Positions 7,430-12,401 of a stretch of DNA of 12,401 nucleotides are shown here, in pieces. Location of the stretch: NCBI GenBank assembly GCA_008080735.1, contig SHMW01000103.1, positions 1-12,401 of the forward strand, written 5' to 3'. A program made the position numbers and the translations under genes. This DNA comes from Promethearchaeota archaeon. GTDB taxonomy: Archaea; Asgardarchaeota; Lokiarchaeia; Sigyniarchaeales; SOKP01. How positions within the stretch are numbered: the first letter of the stretch is position 1; the number at the start of each line of letters is the position of its first letter. The notes below the pieces were generated by a model, which saw only the letters and a list, made by a program, of their open reading frames with translations, did no database searches and was not told where the DNA came from.

Positions 7430-7966
7430 ATGTCAAAACCAAAAATCTCGATGAAGCTAGTGGTTATCGGTGATGGATCAGTTGGGAAAACAACTCTCTT
7501 ACACAGATATATCAACAGGGAATTTATAGACACTACTACCATGACTATAGGAGTAGATTTTTACGTAAAGGAAATTGAGATTGATGAAACTATTTGTCAG
7601 TTGAACCTCTGGGACATAAGTGGACAAGACCGTTTCTTTTTTATGGTTGATAAGTATATGCGAGGAGCAAGTGGGGCTCTTTTATTGTATGATATTACCA
7701 GTATGACGAGTTTTGTAAATTTGGATAAATGGGTAAAAATATTAAGAGAGAAGAACACCTCGAATTCGGAAATTCCCATTATTCTAATTGCCGCAAAATA
7801 TGATTTAGAAGAATATTCAATTGTTGGAGACCTCTACGCTAACAAAAAGCAAACTAAATTGGGTCTTATTGATTATATAAAAACCTCTTCTAAAACGGGC
7901 AAAAATGTGGATTTAGCCTTTGAATCTATTGCTAAATATATTTTGGAACAGAAAAAATCAGATTAA
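7430..7966 (+). CDS. Ras-superfamily (Rab-like) small GTPase, a eukaryotic signature protein of Asgard archaea
   Basis: G1 GDGSVGKT, G2/RabF1 TIGVDF, G3 LWDISGQDRF, YMRGASGALLLYDIT, G4 AAKYD, G5 TSSKTG. No C-terminal Cys prenylation motif. Confidence 0.95.
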   Translation: MSKPKISMKLVVIGDGSVGKTTLLHRYINREFIDTTTMTIGVDFYVKEIEIDETICQLNLWDISGQDRFFFMVDKYMRGASGALLLYDITSMTSFVNLDKWVKILREKNTSNSEIPIILIAAKYDLEEYSIVGDLYANKKQTKLGLIDYIKTSSKTGKNVDLAFESIAKYILEQKKSD

Positions 7967-7977
7967 TCCTACTAATT

Positions 7978-8053
7978 CTTCTGAGAATTGAAATATCCAA
8001 TTTTTTAGAATGTGTGAAGTGTGAATTTAATAAATAGCTATTCAATTCAGAAG
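7978..8053. repeat. Imperfect inverted repeat enclosing a 7-bp tandem repeat
   Basis: CTTCT(GA)GAATTGAA at 7978-7992 pairs with TTCAATTCAGAAG at 8041-8053 (13 bp, 2-nt bulge). GTGTGAA x2 at 8012-8025. Confidence 0.55.
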
Positions 8054-8130
8054 ACTGTCGAAATCTATTAGTTTTAATAGCAAAAAACATTTACACTATT
8101 ACCTAATTTAATATTGAATTTGTGATATGA

Positions 8131-8967
8131 ATGAATGAAACAACAGAAAAAGACGCAAGTGAAGAGAACCGATCATTTTTTGAGAAAGTAAAAGATTATT
8201 TTAAGAATTTAGTGGATTTCTCGTCATATGATACGAAAACGATTCTATTTATGATTTTAGTGGTGATATTAGTAGGTGTCTCTCTATACCTCGTATATAT
8301 TCTCGTTTTTGAAGATTCAACGATACTCTATAAAATAGTTATCGACTGGTTTGTAAATCCTATTCACCTTATAGGTATCTGGGGAATATTTTTATTTGTC
8401 GGTGTGATGGCCATCCAAGGGCTTATTATACCAATCCCTTCCGAAATAGTGTTATTTGCCTCAGGAATGATTTGGGGGATATGGGTTGGAGGTGTAATGG
8501 GTATAATCGGTTCTGTGGCGGCTGGAATTCTCTGCTTTTATATCAGTAGGAGAGGTGGAAGACCACTAGCCGAAAAATTTGTAGGTACGACTGCAATTGA
8601 TATGGCGGATAATTTCATCCATAAATATGGTATTGGAGCCATCATATTCGCTCGTTTTCTTCCCTTTATCGCGTTCGACCCGATTAGTTATGCCAGTGGT
8701 ATCGTCGATTTGGATTCGAAAAAATATACATTAGCAACCTTTATCGGAAGTATTCCGCGAGCCTTTTTCTATTCCTTTTTGGGATCCACTTTAAGCGCCG
8801 GACTTTCATTACCTGTAGATCTCTCCGAACTCCCCCTCGCTGAGATCGAAGCACAAGCTAATTCATTTAACTTGATTCTCGTAATAATCGCGCTTGTTTT
8901 GGGTGTAATGTTTATCGCGTATTATGTAGTAAGTAAATATTGGAGTAAAAAACTAGAAAAAGAATAG
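8131..8967 (+). CDS. DedA-superfamily TVP38/TMEM64 (VTT, SNARE-associated) membrane protein
   Basis: IQGLIIPIPSE, ASGMIWG, FYISRRGGRP, FARFLPFIAFDPISYASG and ATFIGSIP motifs, plus an extra N-terminal TM segment. Confidence 0.92.
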   Translation: MNETTEKDASEENRSFFEKVKDYFKNLVDFSSYDTKTILFMILVVILVGVSLYLVYILVFEDSTILYKIVIDWFVNPIHLIGIWGIFLFVGVMAIQGLIIPIPSEIVLFASGMIWGIWVGGVMGIIGSVAAGILCFYISRRGGRPLAEKFVGTTAIDMADNFIHKYGIGAIIFARFLPFIAFDPISYASGIVDLDSKKYTLATFIGSIPRAFFYSFLGSTLSAGLSLPVDLSELPLAEIEAQANSFNLILVIIALVLGVMFIAYYVVSKYWSKKLEKE

Positions 8968-8989
8968 CTTTAGAATGAGAGTAATTGGT

Positions 8990-8997
8990 GGAGGTGA
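8990..8997 (+). promoter_or_regulatory. Shine-Dalgarno site GGAGGTGA for the EamA gene
   Basis: Full archaeal consensus SD, 7 nt upstream of the TTG at 9005. Confidence 0.75.
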
Positions 8998-9004
8998 AAG
9001 GTAA

Positions 9005-9937
9005 TTGGAAAAAAATGATCAATATCAAGGATATCTGATAATGATTTTAGCTGTATTTTCTTGGAGTTTTAGTGAGATTATCGTAAAATTAATTCATGGC
9101 GCTGTGGGAGCCTTAACTCTATCATTTTTCCGATTTACTATCGGCGGACTTTTCCTATTTCTTGTTTTAGTAGCAAAACGAGATTTTTCCGGATTAATCT
9201 CAATTATTAAAAACAATCTCGGACTTTTTCTAATTTCGAGCTGTTTTGCGTTTGGATTTTCAAATATTATTTATTTTATTGGTGTGACCTTCACCCAAGC
9301 AAATATCGCAGCTACGATATATACTACATATCCCATTTGGATAACTATTTATTCTATTTTTCTTTTAAATGAAAGAAAAAACCTCAAATTTAAGTTTCTT
9401 GGCATTTCCATCGGAGTTGTGGGTGTCACAATTTTAATGACACATTTCAATTTTACTGGATTATTCTCTCTTGAATATTTATTAGGAAACCTATTAGTTT
9501 TAATTGGGTCAATCATGTGGAGCCTGTATTCTGTCTTAGGGAAAAAGATTCAGCAAAAAGAACCAGAGATCTCAAATTCTGCGTTAAAATATAGCACTTT
9601 ATCATCTTTATTCGCTGCTATACCTGTAATCATCATTCTACCCTTTACATCAGAGTTTCAGACGTTTTTAATATATAGCGCATATGAATGGTTTTGGATT
9701 ATATTTTTAGGGGTCGTCTCTACAGGATTAGGGATATGGCTCTTATTTGAAGGAATCAGTAGAATGGAAGTTTCGAAAGGTATGTCGCTGGCCTTTTTTA
9801 AACCGATATTTGCCACCATTCTCAGCTTTTTTATTCTTTCTGAGACTCCCACAATAACCCTATTAATTTCTATTTTACTGGTAGTTATTTCCATCATTTT
9901 AATAAATCAAAACCCAAAATCTCTCCTAAAGAATTAG
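9005..9937 (+). CDS. EamA/DMT-family transporter (about 10 TM, two EamA repeats)
   Basis: SWSFSEIIVK, FFRFTIGG, TTYPIW, LLNER, GNLLVLIGSIMWSLYSVLGKK, FFKPIFATILSFFILSE. TTG start with a strong SD; 37 nt from DedA, so probably co-transcribed. Confidence 0.92.
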   Translation: MEKNDQYQGYLIMILAVFSWSFSEIIVKLIHGAVGALTLSFFRFTIGGLFLFLVLVAKRDFSGLISIIKNNLGLFLISSCFAFGFSNIIYFIGVTFTQANIAATIYTTYPIWITIYSIFLLNERKNLKFKFLGISIGVVGVTILMTHFNFTGLFSLEYLLGNLLVLIGSIMWSLYSVLGKKIQQKEPEISNSALKYSTLSSLFAAIPVIIILPFTSEFQTFLIYSAYEWFWIIFLGVVSTGLGIWLLFEGISRMEVSKGMSLAFFKPIFATILSFFILSETPTITLLISILLVVISIILINQNPKSLLKN

Positions 9938-10115
9938 ATAAAAACGACATAGTGGGTCTAACTTTAAATCGATATTGAGATTGGGTTTATTTACTTTTCA
10001 ATGGTGTAAAGTTTGTTCGTGTTATTTGATATAAAATGAACATTTTTGTCATTATTTTTAAGATGGTGATTTTATCATATTGATAGAATAAATTATAAAA
10101 TACCTACAAATTCAA

Positions 10116-10364
10116 ATGAAAATATCTGTTAATTTTTCCCACCTTCTTTTAAAAAATTCACTCGAAGAATTGAATTGGTTGAAAAATGAATTCGTGATTT
10201 TATTTGGGAAAAAAGAATTATATGAAGAGGATATCATTCTCGCAAGAAATGTTTTGGATTACTTTATTGAAAATCTAATGCTCCATCAAGATGGGGTTTT
10301 TCTAGAAAGGCTTTCTGAAACATTAAAAGAACTACAATCAAATTATCCAAACCTATTTAATTAA
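10116..10364 (+). CDS. Hypothetical small acidic helical protein (82 aa)
   Basis: ATG-started ORF filling an intergenic gap, with amphipathic helical periodicity and a TATA-like AATTATAAAA at 10091-10100. No family recognised. Confidence 0.65.
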   Translation: MKISVNFSHLLLKNSLEELNWLKNEFVILFGKKELYEEDIILARNVLDYFIENLMLHQDGVFLERLSETLKELQSNYPNLFN

Positions 10365-10516
10365 TTATTCTGCTATCTAGCTTTAAGGGAATTGTCAAAA
10401 TTTTTTTAAAAAGATATTTCGGCTTAGCTTTACAGTTTTAACATAAATCTAAAACATAAAACTCTCTAAATTTTTAAGCGATACCACAATTCTTACTATT
10501 CTAAATAAAATTGAAA

Positions 10517-10532
10517 TAAAAGTTTTTATAAG
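10517..10532 (+). promoter_or_regulatory. Candidate BRE/TATA for the 10595 gene
   Basis: TAAAAG followed by TTTTTATAAG (10523-10532), about 60 nt upstream of the ATG. Confidence 0.3.
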
Positions 10533-10594
10533 AGAGTTAGATATAAGATTATAAGCATATATGAATAAACATATCAAAGATTTATCCTTTTTTC

Positions 10595-11695
10595 ATGGAA
10601 CGAATAGCAATAATATATTGGAATAAGAGCAGTGGGCCAGAATCTGTTTTACAATATCCTCCAGAAGAGGACTCCTTGTCAAAGGACCTCCTGTTGAAGA
10701 TATGGGCGAAACACGAACTTAGCAAAGAAGAAAAAATGGTTGATTTTATTCCAGAAAATTCAGATAAGCGTTATATTTCCATCATCCAGAAATATGAAGG
10801 GGAAATCTATTTTCTAGTTTTGGTTTACCAAAAGACAGATAGCATAGATACAATAATTACCGAATATCCTGACATTTTAGCCAATATATCTAAAAATCTT
10901 ATTCAACTAATTAATACAAATAAGATAACCAGAGCAATTTCAGAAGCCTTCAACACCATAAAAAACTATTCAAAATTGGATAAGGAACAAAATTATCTTA
11001 ATTTTTTTAAAGATAAAATTAAATTTACCATTCTAAAGATTTTAAGAAATGGCGTTATATCCAAGAGTAAACTAAAAGACATTCTAAAACATGATTATGG
11101 TTTTAGCACGATAAATATTGATTTAATCTTGATGTCGTTTATTCGAGAGAATCTAATAGTTAAACGAAACGTTCCTGGGAGTGTTGATTGTTATTTTCTC
11201 ATAAATGACCTTACTTGTACTCGATTACCTCCACAAAATGTATCAAAGTTTTTCGAAAACATCGATCATCCCAATAAAAATGAAATAGTCTATAAATATA
11301 AAAAAGCTTTAGTTAGCTTCTTTAATAATTATAACTGCACTCAAGATAATAATTTAACGATCATATTAAATCTTCTAAGTGATAAATCCGTTCTCCCCTT
11401 AGTTAAATCACTGCGAGAAACGTATCTTACAGTTAAAAAAACTTTAAATACACTGAATAACAACGAAGGGCTTTTTAATGAATTATTGGACCAAAAATTC
11501 ATTTTCGAATCAAATGGTATGGTTTTTCTCTTAACTGACATACGTTTTATAAAATTTATACCTTCTTTTATTATTAAACAATTAATTTCAAAGTATGAAG
11601 AACGTGAAATTTCTCTAAATGAATATCTTTCACATGTTGAAATTTTACTGAAATTGTTGCAAGAAACTAAAGACATTCGCTATGAAATCGTATAA
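10595..11695 (+). CDS. Uncharacterised protein with probable N-terminal longin/uDENN-like domain and possible winged-helix domain(s)
   Basis: The N-terminus IAIIYWNKSSGPESVLQYPP fits the beta1-turn-GP-beta2-P pattern of longin/uDENN starts, followed by helix, three strands and helix. The middle segment ILKILRNGVISKSKLKDIL...IDLILMSFIRENLIVK...CYFL has a wHTH-like pattern. The CDS is certain; the domain calls are inference. Confidence 0.7.
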   Translation: MERIAIIYWNKSSGPESVLQYPPEEDSLSKDLLLKIWAKHELSKEEKMVDFIPENSDKRYISIIQKYEGEIYFLVLVYQKTDSIDTIITEYPDILANISKNLIQLINTNKITRAISEAFNTIKNYSKLDKEQNYLNFFKDKIKFTILKILRNGVISKSKLKDILKHDYGFSTINIDLILMSFIRENLIVKRNVPGSVDCYFLINDLTCTRLPPQNVSKFFENIDHPNKNEIVYKYKKALVSFFNNYNCTQDNNLTIILNLLSDKSVLPLVKSLRETYLTVKKTLNTLNNNEGLFNELLDQKFIFESNGMVFLLTDIRFIKFIPSFIIKQLISKYEEREISLNEYLSHVEILLKLLQETKDIRYEIV

Positions 11696-11784
11696 AAAGT
11701 AAAGGAAAATTAATGATTCAGAAACTTACACGGGATTCATTTTGGATTATTTACACTCCTGTCTAATCCCAGACTTAATATGAA

Positions 11785-11797
11785 GAAAGTTATAAAT
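11785..11797 (+). promoter_or_regulatory. Candidate BRE/TATA for the truncated 7TM paralog
   Basis: GAAAG followed by TTATAAAT, about 50 nt upstream of the ATG at 11849. Confidence 0.4.
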
Positions 11798-11848
11798 ACT
11801 TTTTAAAATAAGCTATATGCAATAAAAATACTAAACTATGTGAAAGAA

Positions 11849-12133
11849 ATGGCTGAAACGTTAGAAATTGTTGATTATATTCAAGGTACATTTAGCTTAC
11901 TATTTGTAATTATATCATTGATCATTGGCATTACGATTCTTCTGAAATTTTTTAATTATAAAAGGCGAATCTATATCCTAATGGGCTTATCTTGGATTGG
12001 ACTTGCGAGTCCTTGGTTTCCGGATTCAATAAGTTACATAATTATTTTATTTGGTGGTGCTAGACTGCCAATTGGGATTTATCTTATCTTATCCTCTCCC
12101 CAAGGGCAAAAATCTAGCCTTTTTTGTGCGTAG
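11849..12133 (+). pseudogene. 3'-truncated paralog of the 7TM membrane protein (about first 2.5 helices)
   Basis: MAETLEIVDYIQGTFSLLFVIISLIIGITILLKFF aligns with MAFQDLSDLELIRGIFSLLFVVITVIIGIRIILKYF. Similarity and hydrophobicity end at GIYLIL (about 12090). The tail SSPQGQKSSLFCA is simply antisense of the neighbouring gene. Confidence 0.75.
12079..12093. repeat. TTATC x3 tandem microrepeat at the junction of two truncated genes
   Basis: TTATC TTATC TTATC at 12079-12093, read directly from the sequence. Confidence 0.85.
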
Positions 12134-12261
12134 GCTAATAAATCTGAACACTCTTCACATAACTCATCTTCCTTATTGTGAAATTTTCCACAATACATGT
12201 TAATCATTATTCTAATTGATTTTCTCTCTTTTCTTAAAATATTCTTATTTCCTTCACTCAT
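12079..12261 (-). pseudogene. ygbA: 3'-truncated YgbA / nitrous-oxide-stimulated promoter family Cys-rich protein
   Basis: ERKSIRIMINMYCGKFH..LCEECSDLLAYAQKRLDFCPWGEDK matches the family N-terminal half. The usual continuation (KPxCxxCxxHCY...MRxSGPRM) is absent and replaced by IR-stop. Confidence 0.8.
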
Positions 12262-12267
12262 ATATTA

Positions 12268-12401
12268 TCACTGCGATTTTGTAATTAATTTAAGTTTCTT
12301 ATCTTCTAGTTTCCATATAATATTACTATTACGTAGAGTAGATGGACGATGGGAAACCATTAATACAGTATTTTTATTAAATTGTTCAGAAAGTGTATCT
12401 A
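12268..12401 (-). CDS. C-terminal end of an ABC transporter ATP-binding domain (exporter type), partial, runs off the window
   Basis: Not in the ORF track. The minus frame from 12399 translates as DTLSEQFNKNTVLMVSHRPSTLRNSNIIWKLEDKKLKLITKSQ-stop, which contains the ABC H-loop pattern TVxxxSHRxST. The stop is 6 nt upstream of the ygbA ATG. Confidence 0.8.
   Translation of the reverse strand, partial: DTLSEQFNKNTVLMVSHRPSTLRNSNIIWKLEDKKLKLITKSQ

Noticed and set aside
7597-11676. Minus-strand ORFs 7597..7779, 9658..9897 and 11341..11676
   Set aside because: Each lies fully antisense within a well-supported CDS.
1-12401. CRISPR array, tRNA/rRNA, transposase or integrase
   Set aside because: By eye I found no regularly spaced repeats, no GC-rich structured RNA segment and no recombinase or transposase motifs.

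Overview
A strongly AT-rich prokaryotic window whose gene content points to an Asgard archaeon, most likely Lokiarchaeia. The indicators are an archaeal-type aIF1/SUI1 with an N-terminal Cys motif, a Rab-like small GTPase, a probable longin/uDENN-like protein, two paralogous orphan multi-TM proteins and GGAGGTGA-type SD sites. This assignment is an inference, not a database result. In order, the genes are: PepD-like M20 dipeptidase (-), aIF1 (+), 7TM orphan (-), small hypothetical (-), a GDPD > PAP2 > MBL-hydrolase cluster (-), pirin, Rab-like GTPase, DedA/TVP38, EamA, small hypothetical, longin-like protein and a truncated 7TM paralog (all +), then a truncated YgbA-family gene and the 3' end of an ABC ATPase (-). 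The main finding concerns aIF1, the start-codon fidelity factor. Its conserved CPVC-x6-CVC motif begins upstream of the first TTG, and no ATG, GTG or TTG lies between it and the upstream in-frame stop. The gene therefore appears to start at a non-canonical AUU (1879), as bacterial infC does, which suggests an archaeal autoregulatory loop for initiation fidelity. The second finding is that two convergent genes are both cut off at one TTATC x3 microrepeat near 12085, marking a rearrangement or assembly junction.
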